From a virus: a stretch of DNA of 64,000 nucleotides. The position numbers and the translations under genes are program-made. The notes below the pieces were generated by a model. That model worked only from the letters and a program-made list of their open reading frames with translations. It was not told the origin of the DNA and did not search any database. The stretch is taken from IMG/VR virus record IMGVR_UViG_3300017971_000207, positions 64,001 through 128,000 of that record; one strand, written 5' to 3'. Of the stretch, positions 47,124 to 56,512 are shown in pieces; the first letter of the stretch is position 1; each line of letters opens with the position of its first letter.

Positions 47124-47632
47124 ACCCCTCCTCGGCGCGCTATAGCCCTGGAGAGATTTAGGGTAGGGGGTCCTTGACCTAGCACCCGCTTGGCCTTCTC
47201 GATGTGTGCATCCTGCAGCCCCTCCTCGGCGGATGGTCGGATACGGTAACTCTCCAGCTCACACATGTGCTCGTTGTCATCCTCGATGACAAACGGGCAG
47301 GGCGGAAGGTTGGTGAGGTAAACCAAGAGCTCCTTCCCGCGCGGGTGACCACTAAGCCTCGGCGTTATCCCCACCACCCTACCCTCAAAGCCCCCTAGCT
47401 CTAAGATAGCCTGTAAGCGCTTGGGTGGGTTCGCGAGACGCCAGCTCGATATAACCACCACCACCGCCCCGGTCTCCCGTAGCAGCCGGTTAAGCCGCTG
47501 CACCGCCACCGGGTCTAGCATCTCGGCCCACCACTCAAGGCTGTGCATCTCTAGCGTTTGGCTAAGCGTTGCCCCGTCGATGAACGTCCGGCTGTTAAGC
47601 ACACCGTCAATGTCACAGAACACCAGCTTCAC
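47120..47632 (-). CDS. Second HAD (Swiss-Army-Knife-like) protein
   Basis: FCDIDGVLN, VISSWR, IEDD; GTG start inferred. Confidence 0.8.
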   Translation of the reverse strand: MKLVFCDIDGVLNSRTFIDGATLSQTLEMHSLEWWAEMLDPVAVQRLNRLLRETGAVVVVISSWRLANPPKRLQAILELGGFEGRVVGITPRLSGHPRGKELLVYLTNLPPCPFVIEDDNEHMCELESYRIRPSAEEGLQDAHIEKAKRVLGQGPPTLNLSRAIARRGGV

Positions 47633-47673
47633 AGCCCCGACCCTAACAGGTGCGCCCGCAATTGTCAAAAAGG

Positions 47674-48711
47674 CTATGTGACCACAGCCTCGCGGAGGAT
47701 GGTAGGGGCGCCCTCTGGGCCCTTCCAATACGGCTCGATCCAGGTCGGTCGCCGTTCCTGCCGACCCTTCCCACAAGCTTGGTTGCGCCAATGTCCTCGT
47801 ACGACCCAGCGCACCTTGCAGGTCCGGCTGCTTTTGCCCGAGAGGTAGTCTCGGATGTGCTTGGTCATGTCGAGCTTGACCGGCATCCCGAAGATGTGGG
47901 TGTTGCTAGGCTGATTTCGTGCTTTGCGTCCTTTTCTGCCACGCTGCTTTACCTTGGGTCGCAGAAGACTTTGGCGGCTGGCAGGGTGCGTCACGGCATA
48001 GCAGAGGTTGAGGACCGCCCGACCTACAAGCTCCATCACGCGTGCTTGCTCCTCGGAGGCGTTGGAGCTGTCTGCAGGTGACAGGCGCCGAAAGACGGAC
48101 TGCGCAGAGCCCATGAGCGCCATCGGCACGTGGTCTGTCATCACGGACATGTACCAGTGCCCCTCGATAAACGATACCAGCACACGGTTGATCGGCCTAC
48201 CGCTTACACTCAGACAGGAGTCGTCGATGTGGAGAAGGAAAGCACGCCACGGCGGCACGAGGGCTTCGAGCTGCGCATTCGATAGGTCGCTAAGCGCAAG
48301 CGAGCCCACCTGCTTGTTGGAGGCATACACGGTCGGGCAGCTAATCCGCCACCACTCACGGGCCCAGGCGTACAGGCCCACCAGAGCCGCCTCTAGCAGG
48401 CTCTCGTCGTGATCATCCAGCTCCGCTGAGTGGCTTTCCTCGGTGACCGATATCAGCAACCGCACCAGTGCGATACATAGCAGCACATGAACGCCCGGCT
48501 GAGGAGCGATGCTGTACAGCGCCTGGAGCCGCTGCCCTATGCCGCGAAGCTCGCTATCCGATGGTGCTAACCAGCAGCGTAGAAGAAACCGAGCGATAGC
48601 CTCCGTCCCTTCGAAGCGTCGGAGAAGCTGTGCGGCGACCTGAAGATCTACCGTCTCTAGCCGCGCCTCGTAGCGCCTCATCCACTCGTGGTCTTTCGCT
48701 CGTTTGCTCAT
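47674..48711 (-). CDS. Hypothetical protein with a C-terminal RGHW domain
   Basis: VRGHWRNQACG...WIEPYWKGP. Confidence 0.7.
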   Translation of the reverse strand: MSKRAKDHEWMRRYEARLETVDLQVAAQLLRRFEGTEAIARFLLRCWLAPSDSELRGIGQRLQALYSIAPQPGVHVLLCIALVRLLISVTEESHSAELDDHDESLLEAALVGLYAWAREWWRISCPTVYASNKQVGSLALSDLSNAQLEALVPPWRAFLLHIDDSCLSVSGRPINRVLVSFIEGHWYMSVMTDHVPMALMGSAQSVFRRLSPADSSNASEEQARVMELVGRAVLNLCYAVTHPASRQSLLRPKVKQRGRKGRKARNQPSNTHIFGMPVKLDMTKHIRDYLSGKSSRTCKVRWVVRGHWRNQACGKGRQERRPTWIEPYWKGPEGAPTILREAVVT

Positions 48712-48804
48712 CTCCGTCCTCCTACCACTAAGACGGCGCAGCAACCCCACAATCTGACAACACTCGGTCAACAATTGTAGTGGTGTCTAGCTCCCCGTTC
48801 CTGG

Positions 48805-49041
48805 TCACACCAAAGGACCCTGCATCAGCTCGTCGTAGCTAAACTGCTTACCCAGAGCATCGTGGATGGTGACGGTTCCCTTGCTATCATCTAGCTCCCA
48901 GCAGCGGCCGCCGTAGTCCCAGGCTATCCGCGGAACCGAGACGCGGCCGTGCACGAAGTCGATACCCAGCTGAGTCGGCCGCCATCGGCCTGAGTTGCTA
49001 GGATCCTTTTTCCCCTTGGAGGGGTCCTTGTGCGTCTGCAC
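48805..49041 (-). pseudogene. Possible 5'-truncated gene remnant
   Basis: Protein-like 78 aa frame without an RBS, flanked by two copies of the CAATTGTAG motif. Confidence 0.3.
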
Positions 49042-49208
49042 CAGCTTCCAGTACGGAGGGTTGTCAAGGACGTAGTGTGAGGGTGGGTCAACAATTGTAG
49101 TCCGCTGTCCTCCGCTGTCCTCCGGTGTCCTCCTCCTCGCTGCCCACGTTCCTGTGGGATAGTAGTGGAAGAAGGTAGGCGGCTGGCGGAGTGTGATAGA
49201 GTGGGGGC

Positions 49209-50021
49209 ATGAACCGGGAGATCAACGAGCGGCTGGATGATGTCCGAGCGCTGCTGGAAAGCTTTAAGCCTCCTGCTAACGTCGCTAAGGCGGCCGCACG
49301 CGGGCTGGAGTACCGGCGTAAGCAGACGGACAAGGCGGGGCTCACACCAGCTCAGGCGGCAAAGGCGGGCATAGGCAGCGGAGTACAGCGAGCGGTCAAC
49401 CTCAAGAACCGGGATCGCATCAGCCTCAAGGTCATCAAGCAGATGAACGCCTTCTTTGCTCGGCACGCCAAGAACGCAGCGGTGGATGCGAAGCATCGCG
49501 GGGAGCCCTGGAAGGATAAGGGCTATGTGGCGTGGCTGCTGTGGGGTGGGGACGCCGGGCGGTCATGGGCCCGAAAGGTGCTCAAGAAGCAGCTGAAGGA
49601 GGCGGACGAGGGGGGCCTGTCTGTCCGAGAGGTGGTGGAGCGCTGGAGGCGGGGAGAGCGTGCGGGCAACGGCGCGGTGCTCTGGTATCCGGCTCGGGAG
49701 CTTTGGCCATATCGCGAGCACACGTGGACGCGGGATACGGCTCGGCCGGGGCTGGCCTGGGTGGAGGGTCAGCAGCTGTGGCTTGACGGTGATGTGAAGT
49801 GGGATGCGCTGCGGGCCGACATGCAGGCTCGGGGCTGGGATGAGGATGAGCCGCTGCTGATGCGGGTTGGGAGGAACGGCGTAGCGCTGCTAGGGGAGGG
49901 GAACCACAGGCTCGCTATTGCCCGAGAGCTTGACCTCATGGTGCCGGTGGAGCTGCAGTTTGAGCAGCGGGTGGTCAACGAGCGGGAGGTTATGGTTCGA
50001 GAGCTTGGGGGCCGCGGCTAG
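49209..50021 (+). CDS. Two-domain protein: AWLLWGG domain plus ParB/Srx-like domain, with the shared leader
   Basis: MNREINERLDDVRALLES; GYVAWLLWGGDAG; LGEGNHRL. Confidence 0.75.
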   Translation: MNREINERLDDVRALLESFKPPANVAKAAARGLEYRRKQTDKAGLTPAQAAKAGIGSGVQRAVNLKNRDRISLKVIKQMNAFFARHAKNAAVDAKHRGEPWKDKGYVAWLLWGGDAGRSWARKVLKKQLKEADEGGLSVREVVERWRRGERAGNGAVLWYPARELWPYREHTWTRDTARPGLAWVEGQQLWLDGDVKWDALRADMQARGWDEDEPLLMRVGRNGVALLGEGNHRLAIARELDLMVPVELQFEQRVVNEREVMVRELGGRG

Positions 50022-50779
50022 AGCTCGTCGTCGTCCGGATATAGCCGTTGCAGCTCTGACCACTCGTCGGAGACCACGCGGGCTACGGCTTTAAGGACCA
50101 GGCGATTGTTGGCGGAGGTGAGGTCGCGTCTGATGCGCTCCCATGTTGCCGAGCTGTCGAGAGCGGATTGGATCATGTCTGAGCTTGGGGGTCCTACAAA
50201 GAGCCAGCCTCCATCATCCTGTCCGAGATGGTGGAGGTATGCGAGGGCCTCATCTGATATCTGCTGCATGAAGGCTCGGACCTCTGAGGGGCGGTTGTGG
50301 TAGTCGAGGCCCTTCTCGGGCTTAAGCAGATCACGAAGGTGCGTTACCTCATGCACCAGCACGGAGTAAAGCTCATCCTCCACCTCGCTCATGTTGGCCA
50401 GGAGCTCCGATGGGCTTCGTTGGCTATTTAGCCCGATAAACAGCAGGTGCTTTACCCCGTAGGAGGTTGGGGTGTCGTGTGTGCTGAGCACGTTGCCTCC
50501 GGTTACGTAGCGCCGGGGGCTCCGCCACGTGCGCGGCTCCTCAACGCGTAGCGTCACGTCGACCTTGACAGGAGCACCTCGGACGTCCGTGGTCTCGTAG
50601 GCTCCCAACGACCAGCTACGCCGCCGCAACGGCCGCTCTGAGGGCTTCAGCTTCCTCCTCAGAAGGCTGATGGCCTCCTTGGCTAGCTGCCTTGCCTGCC
50701 TCTTATCAATGGGGATAGGTCGGCCCTCCCCCAGCTCTAGGCGTATCCTGGAGAGGATACTGTTGATGCTTTCTCTCAT
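50018..50779 (-). CDS. Zincin-like (HExxH) metallopeptidase with the shared leader
   Basis: MRESINSILSRIRLELGEG; VHEVTH...PSEVRA. Confidence 0.7.
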   Translation of the reverse strand: MRESINSILSRIRLELGEGRPIPIDKRQARQLAKEAISLLRRKLKPSERPLRRRSWSLGAYETTDVRGAPVKVDVTLRVEEPRTWRSPRRYVTGGNVLSTHDTPTSYGVKHLLFIGLNSQRSPSELLANMSEVEDELYSVLVHEVTHLRDLLKPEKGLDYHNRPSEVRAFMQQISDEALAYLHHLGQDDGGWLFVGPPSSDMIQSALDSSATWERIRRDLTSANNRLVLKAVARVVSDEWSELQRLYPDDDEL

Positions 50780-50780
50780 G

Positions 50781-51332
50781 CTAAACAGCCTCCAAAGGGG
50801 TTGGGCTGAAGTGCTCCCGACACCGTGCTGTGTAGTGCTTGGTGCTCCCAATAAGCACCTCCTCAGTGCTGGCCGTCAGGCGCTGAGAGCGTGTGGCGTC
50901 TGCTCCGCAGACAGTGCAGACCGCATATAGCTGGATGATGTGATCGGCGACCGCCATAAGCGACGGCATCGGCTCCCAAGGCTCCCCTCGCCAGTTCAAC
51001 GATAGCCCCGCAACCACCACCCGGATGCCCCGGTCCGAGATAGCCAGGACGTTGGCCGACAGCCCCTTGTCGAACAGCTGCCCCTCGTCAATCAAGACCA
51101 GCTGCGTCTCAGGCAGGAGATGCTCCTTGATGGCCGCAGAGTAGGGAACGGTCGTGGCATCCAGCTCGCGCCCCCCGTGGGTACGGATGACGGTTGATCG
51201 TGTGTCCTTGGCCGGCTTGAACGCCTGGAAGGGCTGTCGGGCGTATGTGGCGCGCTCAGCGCAGCTGATAAGCTCGTCCGTCTTGCTCGCAAACATCGGG
51301 CCCGCGATAACCTCTATTCGTCCTTTGGTCAT
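50781..51332 (-). CDS. tdk: Thymidine kinase
   Basis: GPMFASKT, IDEGQ, VAGL, CTVCG...Y.ARCR. Confidence 0.95.
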   Translation of the reverse strand: MTKGRIEVIAGPMFASKTDELISCAERATYARQPFQAFKPAKDTRSTVIRTHGGRELDATTVPYSAAIKEHLLPETQLVLIDEGQLFDKGLSANVLAISDRGIRVVVAGLSLNWRGEPWEPMPSLMAVADHIIQLYAVCTVCGADATRSQRLTASTEEVLIGSTKHYTARCREHFSPTPLEAV

Positions 51333-51397
51333 CCGAGGAGGATATCAGGAAGGAGGTCTAGGGGGTACATGCGGAAGCGGTAGCGACCGCGTGGTCG

Positions 51398-52459
51398 CTA
51401 CCGCTTGTACCCCCGCAGCAGTGCTTTCTCTAGAGCTTGTAAGCTCAAGGTCGGATGGCCTCCTCCCAGCATCGCCCATATGTCATTGTAGCTGCTTCGC
51501 AGCCAGCTACGAAGCTGCTCCGCGGTCCACCCGTCACGCTTGGCCTGCCGTCCAGTGGTGATAGCTGCGCTCTCCATTCGCATTGCGGGTGGGTCCCCTT
51601 GGAATAGATCGAAGGCGCGAGCCGCATGTGATGCCAGCTGCTGCGCCTTTATTGGATCAATAGGTTTTTCCTTTACCGCGCTCTTTCCGCTAAGCCACGC
51701 TTCAAAGGCGTCGAAGAGCTCCGGAGCCGTGCGCTCCATATGCTTGGGCGCCAAAGCCCACCAGGCTGCGGCCTCCATGGTGCCCTCTAGATCTCCTGCT
51801 AGACCATGATAGACCGACACCCCCTTACCCCAAGCCTTGAGGGCTTTGGTTGCAAGAGCCCCAGCTGCAGGGTCCTTGGCGTATACCGCGTGGGCGGCCT
51901 CATGTGCTGCTGTCTTCGACCCGTGATGAACCTTGGTTCCCCCAACCTCTGTTGTGTTGTCTAGGTGGGCGTTAACCACTCGGGCGCGCCCCGCCAAGCT
52001 GTCCCCCTCAACATCCCCGTGAGGCTTCACGAAGAACTCGATCTTAATGGTCGGTAGAACCCTCTTAGCCGCCCGCGTCGCCTTTGCGAGGTTGGCCTTC
52101 CCCCCATCCGAAGGTTTCCAAGGACGCTCCTTCGCGGGAGGAGGCGACATCTTAACTATCCGATCAACCTCTTTAACCCATCGCTCCAGCTCCTTAAGCT
52201 TCCCTACAATCACCCCCACGCTGCCGTCGCGGCCGTGATATACGAGCCAGCCGTCCTTTAGCTCGTAGCGAGCGATAGCCATGGGAAAGGTGTCGTCCGT
52301 GTCTGGTGGTTCGGCCCACACCTTTCCTATTCCGGGAACCGCTACCATGGCGACCTTTCCCCCCACACTGCGTCGAGCCTGCTTCCGTAGATTCGGCGCG
52401 GCTGCGGCCTCCCCTAGGATCATTCTACACCGCTCGATCTTCTCAGCTAATGTCCGCAT
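51398..52459 (-). CDS. HExxH metallopeptidase-like protein with the shared leader
   Basis: MRTLAEKIERCRMILGEAA; AHEAAH. Confidence 0.65.
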   Translation of the reverse strand: MRTLAEKIERCRMILGEAAAAPNLRKQARRSVGGKVAMVAVPGIGKVWAEPPDTDDTFPMAIARYELKDGWLVYHGRDGSVGVIVGKLKELERWVKEVDRIVKMSPPPAKERPWKPSDGGKANLAKATRAAKRVLPTIKIEFFVKPHGDVEGDSLAGRARVVNAHLDNTTEVGGTKVHHGSKTAAHEAAHAVYAKDPAAGALATKALKAWGKGVSVYHGLAGDLEGTMEAAAWWALAPKHMERTAPELFDAFEAWLSGKSAVKEKPIDPIKAQQLASHAARAFDLFQGDPPAMRMESAAITTGRQAKRDGWTAEQLRSWLRSSYNDIWAMLGGGHPTLSLQALEKALLRGYKR

Positions 52460-52464
52460 GCCCC

Positions 52465-53193
52465 CTAACCTACCACAAGCTCCTGCCACCGCGCCTCAAG
52501 CATCTGAGCGTACAAGGTCGCAGGTAGCCCATACGGGCCAAACGCAAACCCATCGTTCACCTCGATCAAGAGGGTCTGACCGCCCGTGGTAACCCCCATG
52601 TCGAGCGTGTAGGCTGCAGGGGCGTCATGGTAGGCTTGGACGGCCTCCAGGACGACGTTTCGATCAAGAGGGCGCGACCAGTCCCCCTTGTAGTGCCGGG
52701 CCGCGAGGATGTCTCCTCGGAGCACACAGCACCGGTACTCGGCTTGGAAGGGAAGGGGTGGTGAGACCCAGCACAGCTCGTCATCGTCGTAAGGGCCAAG
52801 CCGCACCTGGTCCTCGAAGGTGCCCGAGGTAACAAAGCCCGTGAACAGCTTCTGCTTATGTGGCTTGATGAACAGGCGACGGTGCGTGATGGTGCGGACC
52901 TCGGATAGGGGGAGGGTCTCGATCGAGCGTCCGAGGAAGGCTTTCAGGGATGGGGGATAGTCGAGGCTCGGGGGCCGGGGGATGTGCAGGTGGTCGAGGG
53001 CCTCCCACACATCCCCGACGAAGCCCGCCAGGCCCGTGTCGTGGCCCAGGTCCGAGAGTGAGCGGATGTCCCCAAAGCCGTAGAAGGGGACGGTCTCCGT
53101 GCCGCGGGCCCGGAAGCCCAAGGCTGCGATCGCATGAGGCGCGCTGTCGGGTAGGTCCTCGCGATAGCGTATGTAGCAGCGGCGAAGGGTCAT
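52465..53193 (-). CDS. ATP-grasp protein (DUF4343/R2K-like)
   Basis: LDYP, FIKP..KLFTG, EYR, TLDMG, LIEVND. Confidence 0.85.
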   Translation of the reverse strand: MTLRRCYIRYREDLPDSAPHAIAALGFRARGTETVPFYGFGDIRSLSDLGHDTGLAGFVGDVWEALDHLHIPRPPSLDYPPSLKAFLGRSIETLPLSEVRTITHRRLFIKPHKQKLFTGFVTSGTFEDQVRLGPYDDDELCWVSPPLPFQAEYRCCVLRGDILAARHYKGDWSRPLDRNVVLEAVQAYHDAPAAYTLDMGVTTGGQTLLIEVNDGFAFGPYGLPATLYAQMLEARWQELVVG

Positions 53194-53203
53194 GGCTCGG
53201 CCA

Positions 53204-53524
53204 TCACACCAGGTCGAGGAGGAGCGACACCACGAGGGCGACGGCGAGGCCGAGGGGGACCGCTGTCAGCAGGATTAGGATGGAGCCGTGCAGGCTCTTA
53301 CCCCTCCGGCGGCAATAGGCTAGGTGTGCTGTGGTCGAGAGGAGGCCCCCAAGGGCCGCCGGCGCTGCCCGCCAAGGGCTTGTGACGCCTCCGGTCCACA
53401 GCACGAAGGTCACACCGATGAGCACGAAGGCTGCAACGGAGGCAGTGGGGTGCCACCAAGGCTTCCACCATCTCGGGCCGTCATCGGGCACTGCAGTAGG
53501 GGTCCGATAGGGAGCGGTGGTCAT
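53204..53524 (-). CDS. Three-TM membrane protein
   Basis: Three hydrophobic segments. Confidence 0.6.
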   Translation of the reverse strand: MTTAPYRTPTAVPDDGPRWWKPWWHPTASVAAFVLIGVTFVLWTGGVTSPWRAAPAALGGLLSTTAHLAYCRRRGKSLHGSILILLTAVPLGLAVALVVSLLLDLV

Positions 53525-53835
53525 TCGCTCCCCTTGTCGCCCTTCACTGGGGCGCACCACACGATCTCGTCCAGCTCAAGGTCCAGACCTCCCTCGAACA
53601 CGATCGGGTCCGAGAGCACCTTGACCTTGCTGCCACTCAGATTCGTGACCTTGCTTAGCCTCACCCAGTCACCCTTGAGCTCCACCCCCTTGAATCTCAC
53701 CACCAGGCCGCCGCGCGCCGCTAGCAGATAGTGCTGGGCCTCTGATCGATGGTAGTGAGGCTCTAGGGCCTCCTGCAAGCACGGCGGCAGCTCCCTCAGC
53801 CGTCGCTGCTCCTCATGTAGGTCCTGTCGTCTCAT
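53521..53835 (-). CDS. Hypothetical protein
   Basis: Operonic; GAGG RBS. Confidence 0.55.
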   Translation of the reverse strand: MRRQDLHEEQRRLRELPPCLQEALEPHYHRSEAQHYLLAARGGLVVRFKGVELKGDWVRLSKVTNLSGSKVKVLSDPIVFEGGLDLELDEIVWCAPVKGDKGSE

Positions 53836-53842
53836 CTGTCCT

Positions 53843-55042
53843 CTATGTCTTGATCGTCATCTCGCGGAGAATCGTGGGCCCTCCGTCACGGTTGACCCAT
53901 GTGGGCTTGCGCCATATCCGCTTGCGCAGCGAGCTTCTCGGCCCGTACGGCTGATTGTTCCAATGACCTCGACGGATGTGCTGAGCCTTGTGGATATGGG
54001 TCGACTCGCCGCGCAGGTACTGAATGACCTTCGTCGACAGGTCTACCTCAATCGGAAGGCGCAGCTCAAAGCTCTGTGAGCCGCTCAGCGGCCTCCCCTT
54101 TCGCTTGCGCCTCTTGCCTTTGCTGCTTGTCCTCCTCGCCTGTCCTTTGATCACGAGGTTTGGTCTGAGGGATGAGTCGCCTAGCATGTAGCAGAGGTTG
54201 AGCACCACCCGGCCCTGGATCTCTGCTGCCCGAAAGATCTCCTGGGTGTCACACTCCACATCTACATGTGCTCCGCCAGGCGTACGGTACAGCTCCTCCA
54301 AGGGCTGGTCGCGATAGCTGCTTGACGTTTGATCCCTGTCCACGATAAGCGACCACCGATCTCTGTCCACAAGGATATATAACCTCTCCCAGATGCTGTT
54401 GAGCAGTGGAGGGCTGATAGCAATACAGAAGGCGCTCCAAGGGGCTCGTATCGACCGTAGCTGCGCCGCCCGGAGATCGGTAAGGGCTAGGGCCGCTGCC
54501 TGTGTCGCTGTTAGATGGATGGTTGGGCATGTCTGCCCCCACCAGCTAGCCGCCCACACCATACGCATATCGTTGTATATCGTGGCGACCTGGTTAGACC
54601 GACGGCTAAGGCGGGGATCTGGACCACTCAGCGATCGCTCGAAAGCTGTCTGCGCTTGGAGCGTATGCAGCTGCTCAAGCTTCAGCAGGTCCTTGTCCGA
54701 CAGAGCTAGCAGCGCCTGGTTCGCTTTACCAACCTGACGGAGATCCGCTAGGCCAAACACATCGCTCCCCCCAGCAGCAAGATCTTTGGCCCACCTACCC
54801 ATCAGTGCGTACAACGGACGATAGGCTGCGATGACCTCGGCTTTCCGCTCGCGCCAGGTGCGGGAGGCCCACCCCCTCGCTGCCTCCCGATCCGCTAGAA
54901 GCTTGTCGCAGAACGCCGGGTGCCGCACGTAAAGCGCTCGCGTGTAATCCCAGTACGCTAGCTCACCCCCAGTGTGGCTACCCCGACCCTCCCCAGCTAC
55001 ATCTAGCCCCGTGCAGTATCGTGCCCAATCCTCAGCACTCAT
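53843..55042 (-). CDS. Paralogue of 47674-48711 (C-terminal RGHW domain)
   Basis: Shares PW.AF, GR.VLNLCY, RGHW.NQ and PTILRE. Confidence 0.7.
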   Translation of the reverse strand: MSAEDWARYCTGLDVAGEGRGSHTGGELAYWDYTRALYVRHPAFCDKLLADREAARGWASRTWRERKAEVIAAYRPLYALMGRWAKDLAAGGSDVFGLADLRQVGKANQALLALSDKDLLKLEQLHTLQAQTAFERSLSGPDPRLSRRSNQVATIYNDMRMVWAASWWGQTCPTIHLTATQAAALALTDLRAAQLRSIRAPWSAFCIAISPPLLNSIWERLYILVDRDRWSLIVDRDQTSSSYRDQPLEELYRTPGGAHVDVECDTQEIFRAAEIQGRVVLNLCYMLGDSSLRPNLVIKGQARRTSSKGKRRKRKGRPLSGSQSFELRLPIEVDLSTKVIQYLRGESTHIHKAQHIRRGHWNNQPYGPRSSLRKRIWRKPTWVNRDGGPTILREMTIKT

Positions 55043-55358
55043 ACGGCTACCCTATCTTATCCATCAACACGGTGCAAGGGGTGGGTCAACAATTGTAGTC
55101 TGACCTGCCCTGCGCGTTTGGGGGTGCAGGCCCGTACTCCCTAGAACCAGGTAGCTCGAAGCGGAGAAGTTGCATGCTCCCGATAACGTTATCGGGAGTT
55201 TTAGAGGGCCTAGGGAGGAGTAGGGAGGCAGCTCGGCGAGGGAGCCCTGTAAAACTCCCTTGTGTTAGTTATAGGGAGTTTAGGGTACATCCGTTTGGTC
55301 TAGGGAGTTTCCGGCGCGCCTGCGGCGAGGCCGGCAGGGCCGGCCCAAGCCCTAGAGC

Positions 55359-55553
55359 CTAGGGCTTGGGCCGCGGCACGCCTCGGTGGAGGCGAAGCGG
55401 CGGGGCCTCGATGAGCAGAGTGATCGCGCGCTCGTAGTCACCCTCACGCTCGGCCTGCAGAGCTGCGGGCGGTAGGACGTAGCACTCGTGGCCCACCGGC
55501 TTGCCATCACTGAGCCGGTGGGCGTGGTTGCAGTAGGTGGTGCAGTAGATCAT
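55359..55553 (-). CDS. Small hypothetical protein
   Basis: C/H-rich 64 aa ORF coupled to the upstream gene. Confidence 0.5.
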   Translation of the reverse strand: MIYCTTYCNHAHRLSDGKPVGHECYVLPPAALQAEREGDYERAITLLIEAPPLRLHRGVPRPKP

Positions 55554-56059
55554 CTAACCCTCACGGATACGTAGACCCACATCTCCTCATGGGCGTCCGG
55601 AGGAAGGCGCGCATCATCTGCTGTGGGCGCATCGGGCCAATCGTCGGCGTCGTCGAGGATCCAACCTGCTTGACCTAGCTGCTCCAAGGCATCCTCGAAC
55701 GCTTCGGCTGCGTCGGCGCCTACGCCTGTAGCCGCAGCGCGGAAGTCCGTGACGGTTAGGCCGCAGCCCTGGAAGTACTGCTCATGCTCGACGCCGTGGA
55801 CGATCACGTCGTGAGCCGCAACCGTGCGTCGAGGCGTGGTGGCGCTGAAGTGAGGCTCGCACAGTGATGGTGGGCGCTTCAACGCCTCGACGCACAGGTT
55901 AGCTAGGCGCTCTCGGACATCGGCGGGGATGTCCGCGCGGTCCTCCTTCAGGATAGCCTCTACCCCGCGGCGCAAGGCAAACAGCATGTCCTCGACCTCG
56001 CGGATACTCTGCTGGGCTCTTCGTATCTCCTGGTGCAGCTCTTCCTCGTGTGTTGCCAT
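55550..56059 (-). CDS. Hypothetical early protein
   Basis: AGGAGG RBS. Confidence 0.6.
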   Translation of the reverse strand: MATHEEELHQEIRRAQQSIREVEDMLFALRRGVEAILKEDRADIPADVRERLANLCVEALKRPPSLCEPHFSATTPRRTVAAHDVIVHGVEHEQYFQGCGLTVTDFRAAATGVGADAAEAFEDALEQLGQAGWILDDADDWPDAPTADDARLPPDAHEEMWVYVSVRVR

Positions 56060-56124
56060 TAGTTCCTCCTACCCCGAAAGCCCCAGGCTTGAAGGCTCTG
56101 GGGCTTTGGTGGGGACGCCTCGGG

Positions 56125-56406
56125 CTACCCTAGGCGCCGATCGTCAAGGTCAAGGTCCGGAGGGTAGAGCGCGGTGAGGTCAAGCACCTCACGCGTGGAG
56201 GCGCCCGTGCTGTCGCGGAGCTCCCATCGGTCAGCGCTCACACGGACCATACAGATCACACCGCCGGTTAGGTCCACCAAGGTTAGGGCCGTGCGGAACG
56301 CGTCAGCAGCCGACGCGCCGACGAGCACGGTGGTGCCGCCGTCACGCGAGCGGAAGGTGCGGAAGGTTGGGGTAGAAGGAGCAGGCGGGGTCATCGTTTT
56401 GGTCAT
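56125..56406 (-). CDS. Hypothetical early protein
   Basis: Follows a repeated promoter; GGAG RBS. Confidence 0.55.
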   Translation of the reverse strand: MTKTMTPPAPSTPTFRTFRSRDGGTTVLVGASAADAFRTALTLVDLTGGVICMVRVSADRWELRDSTGASTREVLDLTALYPPDLDLDDRRLG

Positions 56407-56431
56407 CGTTGATCTCCGTTGTTGCTCCTAT

Positions 56432-56488
56432 AATATACCCACTACCTGAACGATTGTCAAGGGTGTGGTGTGTAAACATTACACACCA
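56432..56488 (-). promoter_or_regulatory. Repeated early promoter (copy 3)
   Basis: TTGACA-17-TATATT; perfect IR TGGTGTGTAA-ACA-TTACACACCA upstream. Confidence 0.8.
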
Positions 56489-56512
56489 TGTCCTTACGCC
56501 GCGGCACTCTGC

